A stretch of 64,000 nucleotides of DNA from Spirochaetaceae bacterium UBA6089 (GTDB lineage Bacteria; Spirochaetota; Spirochaetia; Treponematales; Rectinemataceae), in assembly GCA_002435985.1 (NCBI GenBank), contig DIXD01000024.1, forward strand, positions 13,167 to 77,166, read 5' to 3'. The translations under genes were made by a program, and so were the position numbers. Under the pieces are notes generated by a model. That model made no database searches. It was not told the DNA's origin and was given only the letters and a program-made list of their open reading frames with translations. The stretch's first letter is position 1; each line of letters starts with the position of its first letter. This document shows, piece by piece, positions 1 to 9,647 of the stretch.

Positions 1-21
1 AAAATATTGGTGGAATTATAT

Positions 22-1791
22 ATGGAAAAGACACAAGACGCGATGGACCTCGGCGGAGGATTCTTTCGGGTTGGAGCATCTCAGCTTGTTGGAGAACTTC
101 AGTCGAACATCTATCTTCTCGTCGATGATGGCGAGGCCGTATTGTTTGGGCCAGGCGCAATGGTGAATTTCGATAAATTGAAAGAGAATATTCTTAAATA
201 CGCTTCTCTTCGACCGCTCAGAGCCATTGTCGTCCACCAACAGGAACCGAGTTCATCTTCTGCGCTCATATATCTCGAAAAAGAAGGTGCACGCGCCACT
301 GTCGTCACGCATTGGCGCACCTGGGGTCAGCTTCGTTTCTACGGGCTTTCCAGTCAGCCTTATTTCATCGACGAGCATGGTTGGGTCCTGCGTCTCTCAT
401 CGGGCAGGGTGCTGCAGTTTATTCCGACGCCATATCTGTATCAGCCGGGAGCTTTTGCCACGTACGACAGGACCACAAAGACCCTCCTTACGGGGGCACT
501 CCTTTCATCGTATTCAGAGAGCATGGCGCTTTATGCGGACGACACGCAGTTCTTGGATCGGTTGAAGACCTTTCACCGGCAGAACATGCCCTCAAGAGAA
601 TTGCTTGCCCCAGTGATGCAGGTCCTTTCGAACTGGGACATTGAGCGCATAATGCCCTCCTACGGTCCCATCATTCGAAGCGACGTCAAGCGAATCTTTT
701 CTGAACTGGCTAAAGTGGAGTGCGGAGTGCTTTTACGTACCGAGGGATCTGAGGTTGCCTATGCAGGTATGGAACAGAGTGGTGCGACGACTGCCGAAGT
801 GACACGTCTCAAGCAGGAGCTGGAGACGCTGCGCAGACTGAATGAAGAGTTACAGCATAGCATCGAAGTCTCCAAAGATCGTGCGATTCGCGATCCGATG
901 ACGGGCTTGTATTCGGAGACTTTCTATAACTCTTTTATCGATGAAGATATCGCAATAAGAATTTCCGAGTCTGGACCGGAAGGCCACGTGCTCGCGGTGT
1001 TTGGCATCGATGAAAACATCGCCCAAATCGAGTACAAGTATGGCTCGCGCGAGGTGGAGGCGCTCCTGCGTGGTGTTGCGAGGATTATCGAGGAGCATTT
1101 GCCCAAAACAGCGATGGCCTTCAGACTCCATGGTGCCACCATGGCTGTCTGGATACCCGAAATTCTATTCGACAAGGCGATAGCCTTATGTGATACCATT
1201 CGTTATCAAATCGAAACGTCGAAGAGTTTCGTCGAGCCGGTCACCGTGTCGGTTGGTATCGCGACGCTCGAGGAAGTGACGAACATACAGCCTGAGCTTG
1301 AAAAAATGGCAGCAGATATAACCGACCTCGGCATCCGTCGTCTTCGTCTTGCACGGCGCCAGGGAGGGAATATTGTCTATTTTACTTCGGATGAAGAGAA
1401 TGAGAGCGAGGTGAAGGCGCACATTCTCATCGTCGATGACGACGAGGTCAATCTCGATGTGCTCAAAACCTATCTCAGCAATGAAGGCTATTCTATTTTG
1501 TCAGCTACCGACGGACAAGAGGCGCTCAACATCGTGGGGAAAGAGATTGTCGATCTTGTGATTTCGGAGTTGATGGTCCCTAAACTCGATGCATATTCCT
1601 TGAAAGAAGCATTACTCTCCAAAACAGCGACAAAGGATATCCCGATCGTCCTCATCTCGCACCTCAAGACCGAGGTCAGCATTCGTCGTGCACATGGACT
1701 CGGGATCACCTACTATTTACAAAAACCGATCATCCTTGAGGAATTATTGGGAATCGTGCAGAATCTCACTCGTGTAGGCAGTGGTTTATGA
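22..1791 (+). CDS. Multidomain signalling protein: degenerate ODP/MBL-fold domain, coiled coil, degenerate GGDEF domain, atypical REC domain
   Basis: N-terminal ODP/flavodiiron-like MBL fold (NIYLLVDDGEAVL, THWRT, FIPTPYL, FH..MPS). RDPMTGLY marks the GGDEF start but the motif reads LHGAT. C-terminal REC has ILIVDDD and KP, with Glu at the phospho-Asp position. ATG at 22 follows GGTGGA (ORF track starts at TTG 7). Confidence 0.85.
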   Translation: MEKTQDAMDLGGGFFRVGASQLVGELQSNIYLLVDDGEAVLFGPGAMVNFDKLKENILKYASLRPLRAIVVHQQEPSSSSALIYLEKEGARATVVTHWRTWGQLRFYGLSSQPYFIDEHGWVLRLSSGRVLQFIPTPYLYQPGAFATYDRTTKTLLTGALLSSYSESMALYADDTQFLDRLKTFHRQNMPSRELLAPVMQVLSNWDIERIMPSYGPIIRSDVKRIFSELAKVECGVLLRTEGSEVAYAGMEQSGATTAEVTRLKQELETLRRLNEELQHSIEVSKDRAIRDPMTGLYSETFYNSFIDEDIAIRISESGPEGHVLAVFGIDENIAQIEYKYGSREVEALLRGVARIIEEHLPKTAMAFRLHGATMAVWIPEILFDKAIALCDTIRYQIETSKSFVEPVTVSVGIATLEEVTNIQPELEKMAADITDLGIRRLRLARRQGGNIVYFTSDEENESEVKAHILIVDDDEVNLDVLKTYLSNEGYSILSATDGQEALNIVGKEIVDLVISELMVPKLDAYSLKEALLSKTATKDIPIVLISHLKTEVSIRRAHGLGITYYLQKPIILEELLGIVQNLTRVGSGL

Positions 1792-4700
1792 CAATTCCGT
1801 CTGAGTATTTGCTCGGTGCGGTCATACTCTTCTTATGGTTCATGTTGTATGTAGCCATCAGTATCTTTCTCAACAAAGCAAGGGTGACGATCCACCTAGA
1901 AAATCTCAAGAGTGAGCTTCGCCAGCTTCCTCAGCTTTTTGCGCCTTCATATGAACAGAATCCGCGAAAAATGCGGTCGCTTCTAGCATATGTTCTCTAC
2001 CTGACTCAGAACATCAAATTGCCCATGCGACAGCAGCATATCTTCAATACTACTTCAGTGCAGTATTTCGAAAGGGGGCAGATACGTCGCATTGCCCGCG
2101 GCAATCGATTCGTCAGGATGAGTGCCGCAAGACACCTTTCGAACATCAACACCGACACTGCGCGGAAAGCTATAGAGAAGGCGCTCATCAAGGAAAAGCA
2201 TTTTCCCACGAAACTATATCTCGCGAACGCGCTTGCGGATGTCGGCGATCCTCGCTCGCTCTATGTCCTCATTCAGAGCCTCTATGGTTCTCATTATTGG
2301 TACCGGAACAAGGTCAACATGCTTATTGCGTCGTATGGCGATCGGGTCAAGGAAGTAATAGGCGGCTATTTCTGGAAGAAAGATATCGAGATCCAAGATT
2401 TGCTCGTCGATCTTGCCGGTTCGATTCCGACCGAAGAATTTAGAGACTATCTCATCGATATCATCCAGCACGGTTCGCTCGAAGTAGGCAGGCTGGAGAA
2501 GATTACTGCACAACTGCCGACAAAATGCTGCTATTACTGTGTGCATGGGCGGCAAGAAGCAGACGATTTGCACCGTCAGTGCCCTTATAAAAGAATAGTG
2601 CCCAACAACTTTCGCTGTTTCCGGTATCGCACCCTTGTTACGAGCCTTTCGCCAGCCTCAAATTTTCACCGTATCATGATCCGTGCTGGGGAAACGCTCG
2701 AAAAATATTATCCACAGGTACTGTATTCGGACTACTACCTCGAACATGTCGACAAAGATATTCGGTCGATTGCGGTTCGCGCCTTAGGCCGAATGCCGCG
2801 CCTCGAGAATCTTTACAGACTTATCGAATACCTTGAGCGAGAGGATACGACCGCGGCCGCACGCGAGGGCTTGCGCAACCTTCTCGATCATCATCCTGCA
2901 TTTATCGTGCAGCTGATTCAAGCCTTTCAGGATTCGCACGGTATTTTACACAACAGGCTCGCCGAGGTCCTTTCCAATAGGATCGAATACATTATCACCA
3001 AACTTTTAAGTCATGAACGCACCGTCGCAACAGCGATACTCAATGAGCTAATCTCGATGGGCAGAGTTTCGGAGATTATTGAATTTTTGAAGCGCAACAA
3101 GAATGTCGAGCTCGAAGACAATCTCATTTTAGTCCTCAAACCAAGACTTTTGGACAATGAACATTTAGCAAAAGAGTGCAGTCTTTTCCTGCCAGACCGT
3201 ATACTCGACAAGTTAGGGCTGGAGCGAATTTTGCCCCAAGCACAAAAGCGGGAAGAAAAAATCGACAAAAAGTTGACTCGCCGACTCTATGGAATCCTGG
3301 CCTTTGCGCTCGGCTTCTTTCCTCTTCTCTATGTGTTGGGTTATTACGACAGGCTGGGCACGATGCCCCTCATCCAGCACCTGAAGTATTTTGTCTTGAA
3401 CTTCAATGTGAATTTTGCCTATTATGCGATAGCCGTCAATCTGATATACATCATTCTTCTTTTCCTTTCGAAACTGAACATTGCGCGCGCTACCAAACTG
3501 TGGGAGCTCAAAAATATGAGCATGCTCTTCAAGCCGCGCATGCTTCCCTCGGTATCGATCATCGCACCTGCGTATAACGAGGAGACGACGATCATCGAGA
3601 GCGCGAATTCGCTCTTGAGTTTGAAATATCCGGATTTCGAACTCGTCATCGTCAACGATGGCTCCAAGGACAACACACTCAAGACGCTCATCGACTATTT
3701 CGACTTGAAAAAGACCGACTTTTCTTTACACGAGCGCCTGCAGCATTATCCAATCCGTGGTATTTATACCAATCCCCGCATTCCGAGCCTCATCGTGGTC
3801 GACAAGGAAAATGGGGGCAAGGCGGACACGCTGAATGCAGGCATCAATGTTGCATCCAAGGAATATTTCTGCGGTATCGACGCAGATTCTCTTCTCGAAT
3901 CCGATGCCCTACTTAAGATCGCCTCGCTCACGCTGGATTATGGCGTCGAGACTCCCGCACTGGGCGGCAACGTCTTTCCCATCAACGGATGCAAGGTCGA
4001 CAAAGGGAAAATCGAGAAAATCGGCGTTCCCAAGCACTGGCTCGCTCGCCTCCAAATGGTCGAATATATGCGCGCATTTATGTGCGGTCGCCTCGGTTGG
4101 GACTATATAAATTCGCTTTTGATCATATCGGGGGCCTTCGGCCTTTTCAGAAAGGATAGGGTGATTTTGGTCGGCGGCTACCTCACAAGTAGGGGCAAAT
4201 ACCAAACGGATACCGTCGGGGAGGATATGGAACTCGTCGTGCGTATTGCCCGCCATATGCATGAGTCGAAGCGGCCATATCGCATAAGTTATGCTTTTAA
4301 CGCCAATTGCTGGACTGAAGTGCCGGAAAGCATGTCGAGTCTGCAGAAACAGCGTAACCGTTGGCAGCGTGGGCTCATCGACATCATGTACTTTCATCGT
4401 AAACTTATTTTCAACCCATCGTATGGGCTCATGGGTATGGTCGGTATGCCCTACTATCTCATATTCGAGATGATTGGACCCCTCTTTGAAATGCAGGGAT
4501 ATCTTATGGTGATCGTCGCGGCGCTATTCGGTATGCTCAGCGTTCGGCTTGCTCTTCTTCTCTTCTTTGCCTCTGTGTTGATGGGGATTTTCATCTCGGT
4601 CTCTTCGATAAAAATAGCCGAGTCGCTCAATGTCTATTTTAATTACCGTGATACTATCAAGCTCGTGTGGACATCGATCATCGAAAATTTTGGTCCGCGG

Positions 4701-4835
4701 CAATTGTTTTCCATGTGGCGGGTGATCGGCTTTGTGCGGGCAATGCAAAAGCCTCGAGGATGGCAAAAGTTCGAGCGCAGAGGTTTTAAGGACAACGACC
4801 GAAAGGATGGTGCCATGGGAGGAGCGCAGCAATGA
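1788..4835 (+). CDS. HEAT-repeat / processive family-2 glycosyltransferase fusion (putative polysaccharide synthase)
   Basis: N-terminal TM and HEAT-like repeats (VRMSAARHL, IRSIAVRALG), two TMs, then GT2 motifs PAYNE, VNDGSKD, GGKADTLN, DADS, SGAFGLFRK, GEDMEL, QRNRW, followed by C-terminal TMs. ATGA overlap with the upstream gene. Confidence 0.9.
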   Translation: MTIPSEYLLGAVILFLWFMLYVAISIFLNKARVTIHLENLKSELRQLPQLFAPSYEQNPRKMRSLLAYVLYLTQNIKLPMRQQHIFNTTSVQYFERGQIRRIARGNRFVRMSAARHLSNINTDTARKAIEKALIKEKHFPTKLYLANALADVGDPRSLYVLIQSLYGSHYWYRNKVNMLIASYGDRVKEVIGGYFWKKDIEIQDLLVDLAGSIPTEEFRDYLIDIIQHGSLEVGRLEKITAQLPTKCCYYCVHGRQEADDLHRQCPYKRIVPNNFRCFRYRTLVTSLSPASNFHRIMIRAGETLEKYYPQVLYSDYYLEHVDKDIRSIAVRALGRMPRLENLYRLIEYLEREDTTAAAREGLRNLLDHHPAFIVQLIQAFQDSHGILHNRLAEVLSNRIEYIITKLLSHERTVATAILNELISMGRVSEIIEFLKRNKNVELEDNLILVLKPRLLDNEHLAKECSLFLPDRILDKLGLERILPQAQKREEKIDKKLTRRLYGILAFALGFFPLLYVLGYYDRLGTMPLIQHLKYFVLNFNVNFAYYAIAVNLIYIILLFLSKLNIARATKLWELKNMSMLFKPRMLPSVSIIAPAYNEETTIIESANSLLSLKYPDFELVIVNDGSKDNTLKTLIDYFDLKKTDFSLHERLQHYPIRGIYTNPRIPSLIVVDKENGGKADTLNAGINVASKEYFCGIDADSLLESDALLKIASLTLDYGVETPALGGNVFPINGCKVDKGKIEKIGVPKHWLARLQMVEYMRAFMCGRLGWDYINSLLIISGAFGLFRKDRVILVGGYLTSRGKYQTDTVGEDMELVVRIARHMHESKRPYRISYAFNANCWTEVPESMSSLQKQRNRWQRGLIDIMYFHRKLIFNPSYGLMGMVGMPYYLIFEMIGPLFEMQGYLMVIVAALFGMLSVRLALLLFFASVLMGIFISVSSIKIAESLNVYFNYRDTIKLVWTSIIENFGPRQLFSMWRVIGFVRAMQKPRGWQKFERRGFKDNDRKDGAMGGAQQ

Positions 4836-7800
4836 AAATCCGCAACAAAGAATATGTGAAGGTTTCTCTTCTTTGGGTCTTCGGCATATTCATATTTGTT
4901 CTATTTACGGTGCTCATTGCCTCTCCCTTTATCCTCTGGATTATGCAGCCCTACCGTCAGCTCGATATCTGGGTCGTCGACAAAACTGTGCCGTACCCGG
5001 ATTTTAGAGAGCACGCGGGCCTGTTTTGGCTGCTGAACAATGAGAAGATCTCCAAGCCGGGTACGAAGGTGTTGTACGATGTGCGAACGGATTACTACGG
5101 ATTTTATCCCTTTGCCAAGGATGAGTGGCGGACCATCCCGATACCTCGGGGTGCAAAAAGGCCTGACCTCATTTATATCGCGGATACCTATGGTGTCTAT
5201 CGCGACGATTACATGCAGAAAAAGCTCCCGAATGATTTTTCTTCGATCATATACGGCGGCTTAGACAATGATGACTATACTACCATCCAGGAGTCTCTGG
5301 GCGATGGGAACACACTTATCGCCGAGTTCAACACTGCGGCGTCGCCGACCAATGGCAGGGATCGGGCACTTTTTGGCCGTCTTATAGGACTTAAATGGTA
5401 TGGATGGATAGGGAATTATTACGAAAGCCTCGCGAAGAACGGCGGTGTTCCCGACTGGGTCGTCGAGAATTGGGAGACCGAAAGAAACCAGATATGGGAA
5501 TATTCGGGACGAGGCATCGTGCTGCTCGACGAGGGTGGCAGGGTCGAGGTACTCACTGAGCAAGAAGACATCGGCAAGAACGGAATGAAAGTGGTATTCG
5601 AGCAACAGTGGGCTAAGACGATCGGCATACAGAAGCCTACTTCATACCGTTACTGGTTCGAATGGGTAAGTACCGATCCACTTGTCGAGGAAATCGCACA
5701 CTATGATCTCGATTTGACTCCTTCTGGAAAGCACAAGCTCGACGCCCTGGGGTTGCCCAATGTTTTTCCCGCAGTGGTACGATTCAAGAACAATCAATGT
5801 ACCAGCTGGTATTTTGCAGGCGACTTCGCTGATCTACAGTTTTCGGGTACCACCTACCGTATGAGGGGCATCCAGACCATAAAGCGCGTGCTGGCCGACG
5901 ACACCGTGGACAACAACAGCTATTTCTTTTGGAACGTGTATGCACCACTCATGCATTACATTCTCTCCACCATTGAACGACACAAGGTAGATGCGGAGGC
6001 GACGATGAAACCGCCCGAGCTGCAGGTAAATGTACGGGCGGTAAAAGAAGGCTTCCAGTTGAAATCGACAGAAGGAGAATGGCGTACGATCTTTCTCCGC
6101 AGCGTTAACCTGGGTATCGCCGAGCCGGGGAAATATTTTACGAATTTTCCTTCCGACAGCGATACCTATGTGCGCTGGCTTGAGGATATAGGCAGACTTG
6201 GGGCGAATACGGTGCGCGTCTATACCTTGTTGCCACCGGAATTCTACCGCGCGCTCAAGATCTATAACCAGACCCATCCGGACAGACCCCTCTTTTTGTT
6301 GCAGGAGATATGGCCCGAAGAGCACCCGCCCGGCAACGATTATCTGCAGCCTGCATACCAGGAAGCGTATTTGAAGGAAATACAGTATGCCATCGATGCG
6401 GTGTACGGCAGAGCGAATGTTCCCCAGCGTACGGGGCGTGCGTGGGGTTTGTATTCCGTGGATGTCTCGCAGTGGCTCATAGGCTGGCTTGTGGGCAGAG
6501 AGCTCGAAAGCGCCGAAGTAATGCAGACCGATGCATCTCATCAAGGTGTGACGTATACCGGCAACTATGTGTCGGCAGGGCAGGGGGCCTCGCCGACAGA
6601 GGTGTGGCTCGCAGCGTCGCTCGATGCGGCGGCGATGGCGGAGGCGGAACGCTACGGGACTTTACACCCTGTGGGCATCGTGAGCTGGCCTACATTGGAT
6701 CCCCTCGAGCATGATACGGAGTGGGATCCCGAAACAGGCAAACGTAACCGCTGGAATGACCGAGCGAGTGTCTCGATAGAGCATCTCGATGTCACCGAAA
6801 AGATGGGCGCAGGGCTCTTCGGTGCCTATCATATTTACCCAAACTATCCGGACTTCATCGTCAACGAACCTGCCTATGATAGGTACCACGATCAATTCGG
6901 CGTACTGCGGTACGGGGGCTATCTCGAGGAATTCATGACGACGCACACTCGCTACCCCGCCGTTGTTGCGGAATTTGGCATGGCTAACGGCGCGGGGGTG
7001 GCACATATCTCATCCGACGGGCTCAACCATGGAGGCGTCGACGAGACCACTGCCGGCAGGGATATTCTGCGCATGTATACGGCTATCCAAAAGACAGGGT
7101 ACGCAGGTGCATCGATCTTTGAGTTCATGGATGAGTGGGCAAAGAAAACCTGGGTTACCGAACCTTTTATGATACCCTTCGATCGCAGAGTCTTGTGGCA
7201 TAATGTCGTCGATCCCGAGCAGAATTACGGCCTCATCGCCAACGAGGCAGTGCCACCCACGCTCATTGAGCAGCAAATTCAAGGGATCGAGGTGTTGTCG
7301 GATCTAGAGGTTATGCACGACGCCTCGTATCTCTATCTCACGCTCCGGCTGGCGGGATTGAAGTCGCCGACGGAGTATGAAATTCTCCTTGGTATCGATA
7401 CCTATGACCGCACGCTGGGACAGATGCGCTGGCCCGGGAATTTAGACAAGACGGCCTCGGGGTTGGAATTCCTTCTCGATATCAAAAACAATGAGGCTAG
7501 ATTGTTGGTTATTCCATCGTACAATATCGCCTCATCGAAATACGCGTCGACCCTTCGCCGCGACGGCATGTTTGAAGAAATCAGTATGCTGGTCAACGGT
7601 ACAGTCACGACGAAAGATGGCAGAGTCATACCCGAAAAGCGCTTCGATGCCTCACATATGCGGCAGGGATCCTTCGATGAAGCCGGTAATCTCTGGTACG
7701 TCGAAGGGAATTCGATCCATGTACGCATACCGTGGAATCGTCTCAACGTGACGGATCCCTCTTCGCTCAGAGTGCTGCACGACACACGAAATATAGGCTC

Positions 7801-8065
7801 GCCCGAAACGGATATGCTCAGGACGACACGCACGGACGGCTTTGTGTTCGATGCGCGCGTACTCGATCCCGCGACGCGAGCACAGGTGGGGAGCCTAAAC
7901 GCAAATACGGGCTCTCCCTATATGTGGCAAGGATGGGAGGAGACCCCTCCATACCGTAAACGGATCAAGAAGAGCTACATGATAGTCCGCGATGCATGGG
8001 AGCAGGAAGCCGAAAAGGAAAAGGCCATCCTCGTCGATTTTGTAGGGACAAAAGAGGCGCGGTGA
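4832..8065 (+). CDS. Membrane-anchored fusion: uncharacterised N-terminal domain plus clan GH-A-like TIM-barrel glycoside hydrolase and C-terminal domain
   Basis: N-terminal TM; RSVNLG, GANTVRVYT, GRELE (putative acid/base), YHIYPNYP, VAEFG (putative nucleophile), FEFMDEW, EQNYGL. ATGA overlap. Confidence 0.75.
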   Translation: MKIRNKEYVKVSLLWVFGIFIFVLFTVLIASPFILWIMQPYRQLDIWVVDKTVPYPDFREHAGLFWLLNNEKISKPGTKVLYDVRTDYYGFYPFAKDEWRTIPIPRGAKRPDLIYIADTYGVYRDDYMQKKLPNDFSSIIYGGLDNDDYTTIQESLGDGNTLIAEFNTAASPTNGRDRALFGRLIGLKWYGWIGNYYESLAKNGGVPDWVVENWETERNQIWEYSGRGIVLLDEGGRVEVLTEQEDIGKNGMKVVFEQQWAKTIGIQKPTSYRYWFEWVSTDPLVEEIAHYDLDLTPSGKHKLDALGLPNVFPAVVRFKNNQCTSWYFAGDFADLQFSGTTYRMRGIQTIKRVLADDTVDNNSYFFWNVYAPLMHYILSTIERHKVDAEATMKPPELQVNVRAVKEGFQLKSTEGEWRTIFLRSVNLGIAEPGKYFTNFPSDSDTYVRWLEDIGRLGANTVRVYTLLPPEFYRALKIYNQTHPDRPLFLLQEIWPEEHPPGNDYLQPAYQEAYLKEIQYAIDAVYGRANVPQRTGRAWGLYSVDVSQWLIGWLVGRELESAEVMQTDASHQGVTYTGNYVSAGQGASPTEVWLAASLDAAAMAEAERYGTLHPVGIVSWPTLDPLEHDTEWDPETGKRNRWNDRASVSIEHLDVTEKMGAGLFGAYHIYPNYPDFIVNEPAYDRYHDQFGVLRYGGYLEEFMTTHTRYPAVVAEFGMANGAGVAHISSDGLNHGGVDETTAGRDILRMYTAIQKTGYAGASIFEFMDEWAKKTWVTEPFMIPFDRRVLWHNVVDPEQNYGLIANEAVPPTLIEQQIQGIEVLSDLEVMHDASYLYLTLRLAGLKSPTEYEILLGIDTYDRTLGQMRWPGNLDKTASGLEFLLDIKNNEARLLVIPSYNIASSKYASTLRRDGMFEEISMLVNGTVTTKDGRVIPEKRFDASHMRQGSFDEAGNLWYVEGNSIHVRIPWNRLNVTDPSSLRVLHDTRNIGSPETDMLRTTRTDGFVFDARVLDPATRAQVGSLNANTGSPYMWQGWEETPPYRKRIKKSYMIVRDAWEQEAEKEKAILVDFVGTKEAR

Positions 8066-8095
8066 TATATAGTCAGAGAAGAAAGGAAAGCACAG

Positions 8096-9214
8096 ATGGA
8101 AGATCTACGACTTAGAAAACTCGCTCATCTCTTGGTGAATTACTCGACCAAGGTCAAGCCCGGCGACAGGGTGCTCATCGAAAATGTGAACCCTGAGCCC
8201 GATTTTCTGCGCCTGCTCATCGAGGAGGTACATGCGGCCGGCGGGCTCGCCTTCCTCTCCCTGCGGGATAGGCGGCTCGAGCGCACGCTTTTTATGAATG
8301 CGCCCGAGGAGCAGTTTGTGCTGCAGGCCGAATTCGAGCGCGCCCGCATGGAAGAAATGAATGTCTATATCGGCTTTACGAGCTTGCAGAACGCCTTCGC
8401 GTGGGAGGACCTACCGCAGGACAAAATCGAGCTCTATAATCGTCACATCTGGAAAAAAGTGCACATAGAGCGGCGCATCACCAACACCCGATGGGTCGTC
8501 CTGCGCTACCCGAGCGCGGCCATGGCCCAGAACGCCGGTATGAGCGAGGAGCGCTTCGAACAATTTTATTTTGATGTCTGCACCATGGACTATGCCAAGA
8601 TGTCCCGCGCCATGGACGCCCTCGTGGGCCTCCTCGAAAAGAGCGACAGGGTCCGCATCGTAGCGCCCGGCACGGACCTTGAATTCTCGATTGCGGGCAT
8701 GCCTGCGATCAAATGCGACGGCACCATGAATATCCCCGATGGTGAGGTCTACACCGCTCCTCTCCGCGAATCGGTGAATGGCGTGCTCAGTTACAACACG
8801 CCGAGCGAAAAGGATGGCTTCAAGTTCGAGAATATCGTCTTCGAGTTCGAGAAAGGCAAAATCGTCGACGCAAAAGCCAACGACACCGCGCGCATCAACA
8901 AGATTCTCGACATCGACGAGGGTGCGCGATATCTTGGTGAATTTTCATTCGGGCTCAACCCGTACATTACAAGGCCGATGCTCGAGACCCTGTTCGACGA
9001 AAAGATTGCAGGCTCACTGCACATCACACCCGGCAATTCGTACGACGACTGCGACAACGGCAACCATTCTGCCCTTCACTGGGACATCGTCCTTATGCAG
9101 GGTGCGGACTCGGGCGGCGGCGAGGTCTGGATCGACGGGGAACTGATACGCAAGGATGGCCTCTTCGTCGTGCCGGAGCTGCTCGCGCTGAATCCCGATG
9201 CCCTGAAAGGCTGA
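8096..9214 (+). CDS. Aminopeptidase, M29 family (AmpS/PepS-like)
   Basis: NIPDGEVYTAP, LGEFSFG, LFDEKIAGSLHITPG, SALHWD motifs. Confidence 0.93.
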   Translation: MEDLRLRKLAHLLVNYSTKVKPGDRVLIENVNPEPDFLRLLIEEVHAAGGLAFLSLRDRRLERTLFMNAPEEQFVLQAEFERARMEEMNVYIGFTSLQNAFAWEDLPQDKIELYNRHIWKKVHIERRITNTRWVVLRYPSAAMAQNAGMSEERFEQFYFDVCTMDYAKMSRAMDALVGLLEKSDRVRIVAPGTDLEFSIAGMPAIKCDGTMNIPDGEVYTAPLRESVNGVLSYNTPSEKDGFKFENIVFEFEKGKIVDAKANDTARINKILDIDEGARYLGEFSFGLNPYITRPMLETLFDEKIAGSLHITPGNSYDDCDNGNHSALHWDIVLMQGADSGGGEVWIDGELIRKDGLFVVPELLALNPDALKG

Positions 9215-9267
9215 GCTTCCTGGCATCGGTGAATCGGTGAAGTGCGCTGCCTACGAAGCCTTCTGTA

Positions 9268-9498
9268 TTATTCACCATCGTCGCCGATAGCCTGGACAGG
9301 GCACTCCTCCTGCGCCTGGACCGCGAGGCTGGTCTCTTCTGCTGTTTCGGGCTGGCGTACCACGATGGCCTGCCCCTCGTTGTTCAGCGCAAATATATCG
9401 GGTGCAGTCGATGTACACAGGCCACAGCCGGTACACGAGGCGTCGACATACCATTTACCTTTTACATTATCCGGAAGTCTGGCTGACTTGTCGGCCAT
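9268..9498 (-). CDS. Single-cluster ferredoxin
   Basis: CTGCGLC...CP motif, 76 aa, AGGAG SD. Confidence 0.9.
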   Translation of the reverse strand: MADKSARLPDNVKGKWYVDASCTGCGLCTSTAPDIFALNNEGQAIVVRQPETAEETSLAVQAQEECPVQAIGDDGE

Positions 9499-9604
9499 AC
9501 GTATCTCCTTTGCCGGAAAACCGGCCTTTTTGGATCTCTGTTCCCTAAAAATACTATTGTGGCCCGGCGATCGACTATAACTATTATTACGAAACCATTC
9601 TTAC

Positions 9605-9640
9605 AAAAAAGGGGGCCGCCCGGTACGTGGGCGGCCCTTT
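9605..9640 (-). terminator. Intrinsic terminator downstream of hsp20
   Basis: 9-bp stem GGGCCGCCC (9613-9621)/GGGCGGCCC (9629-9637) followed on the minus strand by CCTTTTTT. Confidence 0.85.
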
Positions 9641-9647
9641 CCCGTGG

